Source of the DNA: Schizochytrium sp. TIO01 | Taxonomy: Eukaryota; Protista; Bigyra: Labyrinthulomycetes | Length of the DNA stretch: 64,000 nt | Direction: 5' to 3' | NCBI GenBank assembly: GCA_004764695.1 | Contig: SMSO01000025.1 | Span: 4,814,862-4,878,861, forward strand | Part shown: positions 35,801 to 47,696 of the stretch, piece after piece | Numbering within the stretch: the first letter of the stretch is position 1 | Layout of the letters: the number at the start of each line of letters is the position of its first letter | Notes under the pieces: generated by a model | What the model was told of the DNA's origin: nothing | The model's database searches: none | What the model saw: the letters and a program-made list of their open reading frames with translations, nothing else | Translations under genes and position numbers: made by a program

Positions 35801-38800
35801 CGGCAATCGTATCATCCCCGTCAACGAAACCTGTAATATTCCGCCAAAGTCCGTTCCGTGGTGGTATTATATCATTCACAGTACGTGCCTCTTGGTCACA
35901 GTCAAATTCATTTGTTTCAATACACCATGTCTGAGGTGATTTCAGGTCACACGGTATGTATTGTCGCCACACCATACCGTCTAGCTCAGCTGTGAGGTTG
36001 GGAAGATAGCGTTTCATAGCGTCATTTTTCCTTGCTTGAAGTCTACTAGACGGTTGAGTTTGGTTTTCTCCAACAAGAAATCCTTGTAGACATACAGGCA
36101 AGGAACAATCATGGCCGCTCCACCCTGGAGGACACACGCATGTATCTGGCGCAATGCAGTAACTCCCATTCATACACGTTTGACGGCAAACTGGCTCGCG
36201 GCAATCATCACCTGTCCAATCACGAGGACATGAGCATGTATTGGGAGCAGTACAATTTCCTCCATTTCCGCAAGTTTGATTGCATACTGGTGTAGTGCAG
36301 TTAGCATCCATCCAACCTGTTGCACACGAGCAAGTGTCCGGAGCAGAACAAACTCCTCCATTGTGACAAGTTTGTACACACTGAGGAAGGTTACAACCCC
36401 CATCAGAGTAGGTATAGCCTGGAATGCAATCTAACGTTCCAGGGCTCACGCACACTTCGCGTTCACCTATATTTCCTGTGTTACAAATAGGTGTCGAACA
36501 ATCATCCCCTTCCCATCCTTCTGCACATTCGCATTTGTCATCGGATATGCATTCACCCCCATTCTCGCAAACTTTCGCGCAGGTTGCGGTCATGACTCGG
36601 ATTGCATGATTTCCAGTATCTGCAATATATAGAAACGCATTCGTTGAACTACCATTGTTATTAGTAAGAGAGGTGTTTGCAGCAATTGCAATTCCTTTGG
36701 GGCGCCGGAAACGAGCTTCCATTGGTAGTTCGTGTTGCTGAGTCATTTTTGATGACCCACAGGCTTCCTCCAAGGGAGCTGCAGGATGCCCTGCAACCGT
36801 AGCTACATGAACATCTCGAATAAAATGCGGCTCAATGCGAAAGTTTCGTAGCCATCCAGTGGGACGCTCGGCAGTCCCAGTATCTTTCCCGACGGAGATG
36901 AAAGTTGAAGGGTTGTCTGGGAGAATAATTATCCTTAAAAGAGAGTTTGAGATGTTTGCATGTAATGCTGCAACACAGATGCTCGAGTCGTCCGTAAATT
37001 GATTACCATTTGCATAGACCTGCGCAGAGTCACTCGAACAGGTGGATGGGCACTGCACATAAATTGCAGTACCTTGACCGTAGTCTTCATCATCTGAAAA
37101 TTCTCTTTCGCCAGTGTCTAGTTGAGAGCCAAGTGTTTTGCCATTACTTTCCGTTCCATTGAGAGGTGGTGGGAAACCTTGACAACGATGCACAGTACGA
37201 CCGGCGTAAGCTCGTTCTGCTTGAACCCAACCATTAAGCTTTTGGCCAACGTTTCGAGTTTCGTAATTGTAATGTATATTCCCATACACATCTGTGGCCG
37301 TAAGCATGAGACTATCTTCAGGCGGTTCATAAGAAGCGCAGCCCATCGGGCGGATGATGTCGTCAAGTCTTGTTTCACAAGTCAAATTCTGTGCAACAAG
37401 CTCGGCTGCAGAGACTCGACGAATTCGACACGAGGCTGTGTCTGCTAGGTACATTCGACCTGTGATCGTATCCATGGTAACTGCTGACGGAGCATTAAAA
37501 CTTGCTTCGTTGCCAAGTCCATCTGTGCGCCCACTTGTTTCCGATCCACTTTGACCTGCAATGGTTACAACACCAGCTTCGTATGTTTCTCCTTGGATAA
37601 TAGAGTTCATGCCTGGCCTTGTTACACGCCGCAAGCGATTACCATCTACTACAAGGATGGTCTGATCTGGCCCAATAGCAACATCTGAGGGGAAGAAAAA
37701 CTTTGCAGATGATGTATTACCGTCGTTTTGACCAGGTACACCCTCAAGACAAGGCAACCTGCAGGAAAAGGGGGGGTCTGCAACCTCTTGCGTTACACCT
37801 GCGATCGTTGTGACATCCCCATTGGGCGTCACAAGTCGAATGAGGTGATTGTAAGAATCTGCCACAAAAAGAAGACCGTTGTCGTCGACTGCAATTCCCG
37901 CAGGGGTATTGAAACGTGACTCTTTTGCATCCCCGTCAGCAAATCCTGGACTTGGATCCTCACCTTTGCGACCGGCCAAGGTCTCTACACGAAGGCTTTC
38001 TAGATCCACACCTTCTGAGAAGACAATTTTGCGAATACGATGATTATTTGCGTCACTAATAAGCAGAACAAGCTCCCCAATACCTTTACTAATTGGAGTT
38101 GAAGTGTGCGTATCAATCTTAACACCCCAGTCATAATACAAAGCAACACTTACTGGTGTGTCAAATAGAGCCTCTGAAATGAAACCATCACTCGAGCCCG
38201 AAGTGTTACTTTTCCCAGCTAATGTCATCACCTCTTTGGTTGTTGCGTTAATGAAACGAATAACATGGTTTCCAGAATCCGCGACGAAAATATTGCCTTT
38301 TCTGTCAACAGCAACACCTGTGGGTTCATTGAACAGAGCCTCGCTCATAACACCGTCCTTATGACCTGCCGTTCCATTGCCAGACCCGGCAAGCAGTTGA
38401 ACTAGGCCTTGCGGACGTTTATCTAGATCAGCCTCGTTCCATTCCCAGCCATCAGTTTCCATTCTATAGGGCATTGGGTCAGCAAGGTTGGATAAGTTGT
38501 GAGCCGTGAATTTTGTTGGTGAAGCGGTGAAATTAGAACCCCAGCATCTCGTTCTGCAATTGCTGTAATCTCTATCGACTGCGCACTGCAATGGACTTAC
38601 TATTACACAGGCCTGGGATACTTTCTCGTTACCAAAGTCATTACGATGGTTGCCACCGACAGCCCATGGAGTGTCAGAGATAGTTTCAATATTTGGTAAT
38701 AGATTGTCCCACGGGATGCCCTGAAGCTGCATACTGCATGTAGCATTCAAGGTATCGCCGCAAACAATGTCCTCACAGCGGTGACATGAACTTTTTGCGC

Positions 38801-39275
38801 CACGGGTCCTGCACACATGACCTAGGTTTTTAACATTAAGCGCAGTTCTGCCTTTGAGTTCGATCTCCTCTCCCTCGTGTTTTGCGTAAGCAAAGGGCCA
38901 ATGCGGATTTTGAACACTCGTGCACCAATGCTGCTCTGTCCAGCTTCGATGGAGGCGCATTGCGAACGATGATTGGACAAATACACTTAGAAAGCACAAA
39001 CATAGCACAATGATTTTTCCAGGCCTTTTGTCCCATGCTCTTCCCAGCCTCCTGCTGTCAACAGCATTCCTTGAACTCATCGTTACGTTACATCTGCCCA
39101 TTTTACGCGAAGAGTAGTCTAGCCTTCTCCGCAATGGGTTTGGACGAGTGTGTGCTTGGCCAGAACTTGGGTGTTTGGGATTGTGGAGGGCTGCCATGTT
39201 GTCAGAACAATTGACAAAATTGTGACGTTGTTGACGTTGTAGTGTTGTTATTCCTTGTTGGCCAGACAGGCGCAT
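32841..39275 (-). CDS. Large cell-surface membrane protein: NHL-repeat beta-propeller + LCCL domain + ~13 EGF-like repeats + C-terminal TM and basic cytoplasmic tail
   Basis: NHL repeats (FNEPTGVAVDRKGNIFVADSGNHVIR, FNTPAGIAVDDNGLLFVADSYNHLIR); LCCL (VQCPSTC...FTDDSSICVAALHA); EGF repeats (CxNGGxCxAPDTCxCxxGWxGxDC); TM AITLIVIGCFILLCMVATYIII. First in-frame ATG is 39275; ATGs at 39101 and 39080 are alternatives closer to the hydrophobic IIVLCLCFLSVFVQSSFA segment. Confidence 0.9.
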   Translation of the reverse strand: MRLSGQQGITTLQRQQRHNFVNCSDNMAALHNPKHPSSGQAHTRPNPLRRRLDYSSRKMGRCNVTMSSRNAVDSRRLGRAWDKRPGKIIVLCLCFLSVFVQSSFAMRLHRSWTEQHWCTSVQNPHWPFAYAKHEGEEIELKGRTALNVKNLGHVCRTRGAKSSCHRCEDIVCGDTLNATCSMQLQGIPWDNLLPNIETISDTPWAVGGNHRNDFGNEKVSQACVIVSPLQCAVDRDYSNCRTRCWGSNFTASPTKFTAHNLSNLADPMPYRMETDGWEWNEADLDKRPQGLVQLLAGSGNGTAGHKDGVMSEALFNEPTGVAVDRKGNIFVADSGNHVIRFINATTKEVMTLAGKSNTSGSSDGFISEALFDTPVSVALYYDWGVKIDTHTSTPISKGIGELVLLISDANNHRIRKIVFSEGVDLESLRVETLAGRKGEDPSPGFADGDAKESRFNTPAGIAVDDNGLLFVADSYNHLIRLVTPNGDVTTIAGVTQEVADPPFSCRLPCLEGVPGQNDGNTSSAKFFFPSDVAIGPDQTILVVDGNRLRRVTRPGMNSIIQGETYEAGVVTIAGQSGSETSGRTDGLGNEASFNAPSAVTMDTITGRMYLADTASCRIRRVSAAELVAQNLTCETRLDDIIRPMGCASYEPPEDSLMLTATDVYGNIHYNYETRNVGQKLNGWVQAERAYAGRTVHRCQGFPPPLNGTESNGKTLGSQLDTGEREFSDDEDYGQGTAIYVQCPSTCSSDSAQVYANGNQFTDDSSICVAALHANISNSLLRIIILPDNPSTFISVGKDTGTAERPTGWLRNFRIEPHFIRDVHVATVAGHPAAPLEEACGSSKMTQQHELPMEARFRRPKGIAIAANTSLTNNNGSSTNAFLYIADTGNHAIRVMTATCAKVCENGGECISDDKCECAEGWEGDDCSTPICNTGNIGEREVCVSPGTLDCIPGYTYSDGGCNLPQCVQTCHNGGVCSAPDTCSCATGWMDANCTTPVCNQTCGNGGNCTAPNTCSCPRDWTGDDCREPVCRQTCMNGSYCIAPDTCVCPPGWSGHDCSLPVCLQGFLVGENQTQPSSRLQARKNDAMKRYLPNLTAELDGMVWRQYIPCDLKSPQTWCIETNEFDCDQEARTVNDIIPPRNGLWRNITGFVDGDDTIAEETHQCYRLEIIIGERTPFPYENETGDGDITDLWRYTPETPYGWNASFVPGPDDVFAEDYLQKLDNWQAPDATGSDRMIAYVRWAEVGQGKYVCANGGSCDAPDVCTCAPGWEGFDCRIPVCNQGYHLNPNEDLSSNNTYVVLENETIVDSPFPDQGLYECSIRAFTEWENSTYMHEHPNYYSHYMDHHADEWSPENRYQLEPERPYYWTDMGWPATYNHTDPRGNNTNKGWMRNGYWTRIEGTSWKKGICTVEYNRTCPAAPEKALDVITKLIGEPVLDTNRSFRANVNYTDKKVFAIGRWTQRGGACTDQVLRGCKNNSTCVAPDTCECADGWEGDDCTIPICEQSCSRSKDENLGLDNNGQTIFSKGMGNCTLPNTCTCEKGWSGTECEIPLCAQECNNNGLCTAPDTCTCPRWQSLWRDSQHDGGRPLFQDAQGNPQLTGWTGYDCATPICSQAELFVPNDSLGTVRLGGYTLILFGEEPYNNLLRSDLSVPPYYPYTESNDIPAVKIWNPKMREYNEALWAEPEEFLDESNRLCRMRKYDHCKKYPTSTLFTSTWSYGDGEVVRNDGRSYQSGCNNHSKRFSDFQDGITEGFLCNVLEWEQGDYDEGRYIRQSNNATAYLHNTSVSVAVELSVTPTWYQDESAPAGEGVYKCYNMGSCVAPDVCSCPDGYDGSDCKTPLCRHKLPNATVVSCMNGGSCDAKDNCTCPSWDSLLPALYPDIKATKTGYTGTACQIPICVQGDYDETCTEVEPGSEGCYRCLNGGLCTAPDTCTCADGWTGYDCGTPVCRLRADEETILELKTSDLEKIRDFELDPCQTSKQFLHNGYLASQGNCTAPNTCTCFCKTRGYLDENGDWTAEPWHSPLGQDPPIGYIEGTLQCVDGYEGIKDYDTGLFKSCHLIIYKPKWYERYAITLIVIGCFILLCMVATYIIIRRRIRQRYLLARAERRQGLEEEELMPKRRRKRRNGEKEKKKRRNTRKVA

Positions 39276-41541
39276 CAGCCTTTTCAAACTACACGCAACA
39301 GGGCGAGAGTCTTCACTGCACAGCACACTAGAACCTTGAAGAACCTGTAGAGCTACTGTTGCAGATTTGGCGCTGCAAATCCCTAGCGCTAGTACCCAAC
39401 TGACGCTTATTGGCCCAGAATCTCTGGTCTGAGTTTTAGTTTGCACGATGCTACAAGGGGAATCGGTTGAAACTTGTCAACCAGTATCAATACGAGTACC
39501 CCTACCGTTTTCTCTAGGATGGTTCCCTACATAGAAAACATTAGATTAATTATCTAAGTCAGTTGCTTCACTTAGAGTTTAACCTATAAAACTTGCAAAA
39601 CTTGCATTTCCTATGATTACGTGCGCTAAGGCCCAATGGCGGGTTATAGAACTAACCCGCCACTCAAAGACAATTCTTAAGTCGTGTCCTTGGATAGGTA
39701 GCGCAAAAGGATACCTCTGGTGGCGTGAGTATCACGATCAGCTGCGTATTTGCATTTTTTTTGGGGGGGGGGATTATAAACCCTGGATGCTCCGAGCTTG
39801 TACGACATTGATTGCCTGGTTTTTCTAAAGGTGCAATCCTCTCGGTGACACCCCACTGGCGGGGGAAAGCTCGGCTTTGTGAATGGGCATTTGTCAGAAG
39901 CCAGCGAACGACACATCACTCGAGCTGTTTTGATGTTGATCCATCTTGTTAACTTGTTGAGTTTCCAAACTTAGGCACAAGGATAACAAAGTGCGAGAAT
40001 CTCGGTAGTCCAGCAGGGCCCACAAGCCGGCATTTTCAAGTTGATTGATCCCTCTACCGATGGCTTTGCAGACGGCGGAGGCCTCTGGAGGTCACCAATC
40101 TGGCATTTGAAATTCTCTTTTTTCTGGCGGAAGATAGATAATGAATGGTACGGTCCCGAAACAGTGATCAACACCGCCACTTGCGTATATGCGATTGCCT
40201 CCGGGGAAGCAGCCGAAGGGCGCTTGCTGAGACACCACACTTATGCTTGAAGTACTTTGATGGCTTGTATTGTAGGTTTGCTTCACTTGTTGAGTCTGGA
40301 GTTTGGTGGTTCCTTGGCCATTCCATTTTCTTACCTAACCTCCTGCACAAAAAAAATAAAAATAACTATCATATATATATACAATAGTCACCATGCAGAG
40401 CTAAAAAGTTTTAAGTTTTAGCGTGTTCACAGATACAGTTGTAGCGCTCGGAAGAGGGCTTGGGTGTAGAAACCGTGAAACCTCTCTTTTGCAAGCTTGG
40501 TGAAGAAGAACACAGGCCAGATTTGTCCTGAAACCATTCAGTATTTAGGCAAGGGTTTAAATACAAGCTATATTTGGGATTTTCAATCATTGTCGCGGCT
40601 TTTCCCCTCTTCTTCTTCATTTGTTGATAGAAAGAATAAAGAGCAAGGACCAAAGCAATTTTGCAAAAACGCATGAATGAAACAAATTCATCACCTGAGT
40701 AGAACAGCAGTTTAAAGCTTGCAATCTCAAAACTGTCTATCTTCCTTCTGAGCACACCATTACAATACACATCCGTCAATCTAGCTAGTACTGACCTTTC
40801 ACTATACTCCTGATCTTATGCCTACGTTGGTTTTACGGCACGTACCTTTAAGCTGTTTGATTAGCTACCACCATGATGAACTTTATTGATACTTCCTACG
40901 TTGTGAACCAACCTACGCACTCAAATTAACAAGAGCACTTTTCCACATCATTTCCCAAAATAGAACAGTGGCAGCAGGGGCTATGTTCTCCATGATGGGG
41001 AGATTCTCCAGCTTCGTTAAGCAAATTTAACATGGCAACGTAAGAACACGATGTCGGGAATCCTGCTTGTTGTACTTTATTATATTAAAGCGTGGCATCA
41101 ATAATCTTCTAGTAGTTGATTGCCTCGTGGTTTTGTATTTGAAGTAATCGATTAAGTCCAAAACGCGCATTAATTTCAGAAGATGCATAAATTGATCAAT
41201 AAATAAAATTAGCTTACTGTATACCGAGTACCTTCACCGTTGTGCGTCAGTCACTACATAGTCTTGGTGTTGCTCATAGAGACATTGGAGTCAAGCATTT
41301 TATGATCAAGAATGTAGGTGAAGTTCGCATAATTGGTTTTGAGCAGTCCAAGGTTGGAGATTGGTTCAACTTAGGATCTGATGACCGAAGATATTTTGAA
41401 ATTTGATCTGGTATTTCATTCATTGATAAGAATTTGTCATAGATATGGTGCACCCTAGCGTTCGACCAAGAGTTGGTATGCATAAAATACAATTAATCAG
41501 TTTAACTGTGGTGAGTTTCGCATTTTGTCTTACGCTGATAA

Positions 41542-41600
41542 TACCTACCTACCTACCTACCTACCTACCTACCTACCTACCTACCTACCTACCTACCTAC
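41542..41600. repeat. (TACC)n microsatellite, ~15 copies
   Basis: Direct reading of the sequence. Confidence 0.97.
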
Positions 41601-43415
41601 TAATGACACAAAAGTAGTCTCTTGCGAACACTTACAAACCTATTTGTGTAACACAGCAAGCAATTTTGATTACACGTAAAACCTGCGCCCTTCACCAGAT
41701 ACGTAACTATAGAGAGAATAAATGCATGAGCAGAAGAGCTCTTAGAAGTGGCAAGTGACAGTATCTAGTACTACTATTTCTATTCCTATACAGTAGACAC
41801 TACTAGACACATTGACACTCTCCCTCCGGCTCTCTCTCTCTCTCTCTGTCTCGTGTTTCCAATTAGAAATTTCAATCGTGATAGAAAAAGAAGGACTCCC
41901 AGGAAAAGTCTGCGCCTCACTCCAATATTATCCTAACACTTTAAAAAGAAAAAGAAAACTAGGACTACCATCAATGCTGATAAATAAACAAAAACCAACG
42001 AGAGTCCCAATAGCTCGATCTGACTATCGCTTCTTATTCTTGGAGCTGGAACTCAAGTCAAAGCAAAGCACCTGTATATCAGACAATGCAAGCGCCGATT
42101 TGCTTTGGTTGCCAACGAGGGAGGAATACGCGGCATCGTGCGTCTTTTTCTGTAGACCCTTGAAAAATACTTTTATTCTAAACTACTAGTATGCTTTATA
42201 TATTAAAATAGATTAAACGTAGTAAAGACATGTTTATTTATAAAAGTTATACTTTCTTTGTTGATAAAAAATGTTTACAATGAGTCTCGGAGTTCGAAGT
42301 CCATATCCGACTCCATCAGATATGAGAGATAAGGATCTAGTACCTCTATTACTCACGGATTGCGTCGTGTACAATCATGCATCGCAATGATCTGTGCGGC
42401 CATCAGCAAAGTGAGCATCATCATTATGACCAAATTAATGATCAAATCATCAATGATCAAAGCAATGTATGATTGTCACCATCCAGTTGCAATCATGACG
42501 ACGACGTGCCAACGAAGATGGGCCTCTTCCTCCCTTCGACTTGTCTTGTCTTCTCTTCTTTCTTCACTTTTATTCTTTCTGCGCGATCTGCAAATTCATG
42601 GATTGGATGGCATCAGTTATCACACCATGGTGGATGACAATCGGCGAATGATTCGAGCTACTTTGTATCCTCGTACAGTAGTTTTCTAAGCGAAACATTT
42701 TTACTCGAGCTGAGCAGACGGCCAGAACCTGCACTAGGTAGTAGTGGCTTTCATCCGTTCGGCATCATGATCACGTCAGTCAGTCAGGCAGTCAGTCAGT
42801 GAGTCGCTCTAAGAGGTTTGGCTTTTAACTAATCGGTTTAAGCGCTTGCCCATGTTAGAATAATCATTGATTCACTTGTTTGTTATTGATTCTCCGATTT
42901 CTTCTCTTCGCCGCCTTTGCAGCTCAACTTGAGGAGTCCTCCTCCGAAATCGTGGTAGATACACTGACTTTCTGTGAGCATGAAGACATCCATGATTTGC
43001 TTTATTCTTCATTTCTTTGAAATAAAATTTTAATTATCATAATATGTTAAAAAGAGAGACAGGTTTTCCAAGTCACCGAATAGAAGAGACGAGGGGCTTT
43101 GCAAGTTGGTGTGCATGTTATGAGCGAGCGATTTCTACCCAAGACAGTCAGAGGATCGATAGGGGAGTCTTGTGTTTACCCAAGTTAACACGTGAGTCTC
43201 TGGAGTTTTGGATACGCAAACCCCGAGCGAGTTCTTTTCTTCCCAATTATTTTCTTCTCTTCATTATTTTCATTATTCGACCTTAAACTTTTAAATTTAT
43301 TTTTTATATCCTTAACACGAATTAGAGAAGATAATTAAAGGCTAATATATATGCTCAACTCAACTCAGCAAAGTTAGTTCGTTGTCTTCTTTTCATCAGG
43401 GTAGTTCTTTAAAAA

Positions 43416-43536
<121 letters not shown>

Positions 43537-43761
43537 AGGACAGTTCTTCTGAAGATCTGAGCACCTGAGGGTCAATCAGTCGTCAGGCCATTGTGATATT
43601 TTATTTAGAATATATGATTGCATATACAAGTGACGCCTGAAGCCTGAGAGCCGCACGTAGAACTTGAAAAGCACGGTCCTCTCAGCAACTATTGATGAAT
43701 TAGATTCTCTGAGTTCTCAGAGAGTCGCGAGTGCGTGAGTGCGTGAAGTGGCTTAGAGAGC

Positions 43762-43790
43762 GAGTGAGTGAGTAAGTGAGTGAGTGAGTG
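43762..43790. repeat. Imperfect (GAGT)n microsatellite
   Basis: gagtgagtgagtaagtgagtgagtgagtg. Confidence 0.8.
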
Positions 43791-46165
43791 GGTAAATAAA
43801 TCAGTACTACCCACCTACCTGATTATTGTTAAGGATGTAAGGGTGTGCGAAACTATTAAATAGGACGCCTCAGGAGGAGAGCAGTGGTGCAATAATTTAC
43901 TCTACTAGGCACCAATAAGTGCCATTAGTAGTATGAATGGAATGGTATGAATGCTAGTAGTTGCAGACTGCTTGCGCATATTGGTTGAGCCAGTTTGGCT
44001 TTAAAAATGGTTTCTGTTTCTTTCTCGTTCCAATACTACATACCTTTATACCTAGTATGGTTGTTTTTATTTTCACTCTTTTCCGAGTTAGATAGGTATC
44101 TGGCTCCTAGTGTTACTGCTATTTGCAAATCAGTTATTTTTTGTGCGTCTTTTTGGTGTATGTACGTTTTCGTTCTTTATTCTTATCCTTCACTGGCATT
44201 GTTATTTCCTTCAAGTTTACAAGACTCAGAAATAAAAGTTGGACACTGAGGTTGGGTCTCGTGCTCGAGCCTGCTATGGACTGGAGACGGGTTCTTCATG
44301 AAGCATGTTCTGCGGCTGAGAGCGAGAGACTCAGTGGCTGCTGTGGTGCTTTCGTTTCGCCATGACCATCATATCTGCCTAGTGCCTAGGTGCCTCAGGC
44401 TCAGTCGTGGGCCGACCAACTTTGCAGTATGTATGTGTGTATATGTGTATGTATATGCGTATACATATGGAAATATACACATATATACATATATATATGT
44501 GCCAGTAGTGAGTGATTGTGAGAGGTGAACTAATTTGACTCTTCCGGTGGAGAAATGTTTTTGCTGCTATACCGTGACCGACAGCAAGTAAGCATCACCC
44601 AAGGTGCTCCTGCTTATTAAGCCCGTAAGGCAACTTAACTTCTTCATGGCGTCTCTAGCATCACAGTTCTCCATTCTTCACAACTTCTTGAAGTCTGCCT
44701 CAGCAGTTGCATATGCACCTAGAGGGTGATTAAGTTCTATGGATTGGCCAAGTCAGCAATTGAGAGGGAAAATTCCATATTGCCTATTTCAAGTTGTACT
44801 CTTTCTCCTTGGCAATCTAAACAATCACGATCTTAATCAGGCGGTCTATTTTTCATTCGCCATTCTCAGAACTCTCTCTCTCTTTCTCTCTCTTCTTCTG
44901 GCCTTGGAACTGTTAATTAATGTTGCATCTGCCTACTATCTTATTAGTAGTAATATTTTCTTTTTCTTTTACCAACTTTAGTGACTCTTTGTGCCCGCGA
45001 TATACACTTACAAAAGGGCAACGTTCTTTTCAGGCTTCAAGTTTTTTTATTTTTCCTTTCTTTTGACGATAATTAAAATATATATATATATTCTTTTAGA
45101 AATTATGAGAGGCCAACCCTCCAATGTTCCCATCATCCATGACCTAACAATAAGCAAAAAAACATCCACGAGCTTTTCTTACTTGTAGGCATACCAAGAC
45201 AAAGTAATTAATTTTAGACTATCCAAGGAATATTTCACTCTAACTTAAATATTAAGAGAGTTCCTGGGTAAGGAATTTTTTTTGTTCATTTCGGACTCTT
45301 TTTGCAAAGGTCTAAGGTAGAGAAAAGAGATAACTCTTTTTATTTTAAATAACAATCTGAGTCCCCTCAATCTCCATTTTTAATATTTTAAGTTTATTCA
45401 AGTTTAAGAAATGAATAGAAATAATAAAAAGGAAAAGCAGGGTAGGAAAAGGAAAAGGAAAAATAACCTGTCCATTCTGTCTCCGTCTCTTTTTTCTTCT
45501 TTATATATTTTCGCCTTCTTTTTCATCCATCTTTTTTGTTTATTGGTATTAGTTATATCTTATATATAACCTACCTACTGCAACATCCAAATTATCATTT
45601 TTACATTTTAATTTCTCTATTTGACTCAGTAAAAACTTCTGTTACAAATAAAAGCTTTGTTGTGCGCTCCGCGTGTATCCTATTATCTTGCTATTGATTA
45701 TAGTAGTAGTCTTACCAGCTTTCCTTTTGGCAGATTTTCCAGTTTTCTCTGCAGGTTTTCTTTTCGATTCTTTTTCGATTCTTTCAAGTTTCTCAGCCCC
45801 CTCCTCTAAGCACAGATAGGACTGCAGTAGGGCTGTCCTTCCTATACGGTTGTAAATCAAAGCGGCTTTCATCACTGCGAGCGAAGCAAAAGAAGCGAGG
45901 AAACTACGCAAGCAAAGCCATAACAGATCGAGACCCATCGCGTCCCTCGCATCTTGACAGCCTGGAGGAGACTTTAATTACTCAAGAGACGGGACATCGC
46001 CTAGGTCATACGCAGACGAAGTGAGCGAGGAAGCAAGCCAAGCAACCAAGCATACGACTTCGGTTCTTCTTTCTTCGTGATCTGAAGAACTCGAGAAAAA
46101 AAAAAAAGCAGAGAAAGAGCAGTGGAAAGAAAGAACGTGGAAGGGAAAGGAAGGGGAGCTGCACC

Positions 46166-46978
46166 ATGTCTGCGATCGCCTTGACGTCCACGGCACAAGC
46201 AGCGCCGAACAGAATGCTCGCAGACGCCGAGCTTTTGCTCTCAGTTTCACCCCTCTTCAAGCCCCAGCAGGCTCGTGACCGAAGCTGGAGTATGCAGTCT
46301 TTAGAAACCCTTGTAGATGTAGCGACCCGTGCGCCCAAGTTCTCTCTGGGTCCTTCAGCAACAGTGAGCACAACCAAAGTTGCGAGTTCTGATCCATCGC
46401 GTTGGAAAGCAGCTAAACCTGCGCGTGTGATCTCATCGGGATCCATGCAAGGGCGTAGTCTTCTACAGTCAAGTGCTCGTCTTCAGAATGCAACGTGTGC
46501 GAAGCCTGCTCCTCAAGGTCTTCTGATTAGCCAAGCAGTTGCTGCTGCTAAGCCTACGACCAATATCAACAATATGGGAAGCAAGATTGTAAAAAATCGG
46601 CCTGTGATGACATCCTTGTCTCATTCTAAAAAGGTTGCTGCACTGAGCACTGTCTCGACCAAAAGCACTTTCAAGAAGCGCAAGAGTAACATGCCTCAAA
46701 TGGTAAGAGGTGGCGCTCCCCGCTGCCCGGACATTCTTCCCCTTGAAATGCATGCCCTTTATTTTCGCAATGGCCGCACTGGTATCTACACTGCAGAGGA
46801 ACGCAAGACCAAAATTGCGAAATTTGTTCAGAAGCGTGAGAGCCGCATTTGGCACAAAAAGGTTCGCTACTCGTGCCGCAAAAACCTTGCTCAGCAAAGG
46901 CTACGGGTTAAGGGACGATTTGTAAAGATTGAAGATACACCCTCAATCACCGCGGTAGTGAAACCTGTTCAGGCTTAA
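46166..46978 (+). CDS. CCT-domain (CONSTANS/CO-like/TOC1) protein, putative transcriptional regulator
   Basis: C-terminal GIYTAEERKTKIAKFVQKRESRIWHKKVRYSCRKNLAQQRLRVKGRFVK matches the CCT motif; low-complexity Ser/Thr/Ala-rich N-terminus. Confidence 0.9.
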   Translation: MSAIALTSTAQAAPNRMLADAELLLSVSPLFKPQQARDRSWSMQSLETLVDVATRAPKFSLGPSATVSTTKVASSDPSRWKAAKPARVISSGSMQGRSLLQSSARLQNATCAKPAPQGLLISQAVAAAKPTTNINNMGSKIVKNRPVMTSLSHSKKVAALSTVSTKSTFKKRKSNMPQMVRGGAPRCPDILPLEMHALYFRNGRTGIYTAEERKTKIAKFVQKRESRIWHKKVRYSCRKNLAQQRLRVKGRFVKIEDTPSITAVVKPVQA

Positions 46979-47696
46979 TTAACCTGTTGTATATCCTCTC
47001 AATAGGGACCATGGGTCCATTCATGTATAAATTGCACTTGGAATTAATTTTCAATCATCATGGCAAGCCTCTGGCTAGCCATCCTGCGCCCTTAGTTTTA
47101 AAGCGCGAGTGTAAGTATTTGCACAAACCACTTTCGAGCTTTGCAGGTATACACATAGTCGGAATCTAGCTGTGCTGCTAGGGTTGGATTGATCGATCGA
47201 AGGTTAGGAAGGCCACTTATCGCACTATCAATCTTTTCTTTACCTTCGACTTTGTGAATCCTCTTGCCTCGAACACAATCAATTTGGTTTTTTTCTCTTA
47301 TATTTATTTTGCCTTTCTTTTCATTACAATTTTAATCTATGTATCTATCATCATCACTATAAACTAAAGTGTTCCTTTATATATGGATGATTTCAAGAAA
47401 CAAATGCTTTAAAACGCACGCTTTATGATTCTATTTCAGTTCGTCTTTTTGTGAAGTTTTTTTTTTTTTTTTCAGAGGCCCAAATCAATATGACAAGGCA
47501 TTTCTCAAGGGAATGACAGCACCTGCTCGACAAAGAAATTTGAGCGGGAAAAAATAAATATGAAAATAGAATTGCTATCTATCCAAATTACTATACATTC
47601 TCATTCTTATCGCAGACATATGATGGATGGATAGACAATGACAGAGGCAAATTAAAGGAAGTGTCTGACAAAGAAAATAGAATATCTAAAATTAAA

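Noticed and set aside
40041-40250. WYGPETVI, resembling the GPY/F motif of LTR-retrotransposon integrases
   Set aside because: No integrase core, RT, LTRs or target-site duplications nearby; one short motif is insufficient.
40411-40779. 122-aa minus-strand ORF with a hydrophobic stretch followed by KKKR and NPKY
   Set aside because: Non-ATG start and no recognisable domain; an NPxY match alone is weak evidence.
42282-42315. GGAGTTCGAAGTCC B-box-like motif within an imperfect inverted repeat
   Set aside because: No A-box or cloverleaf; not a tRNA.
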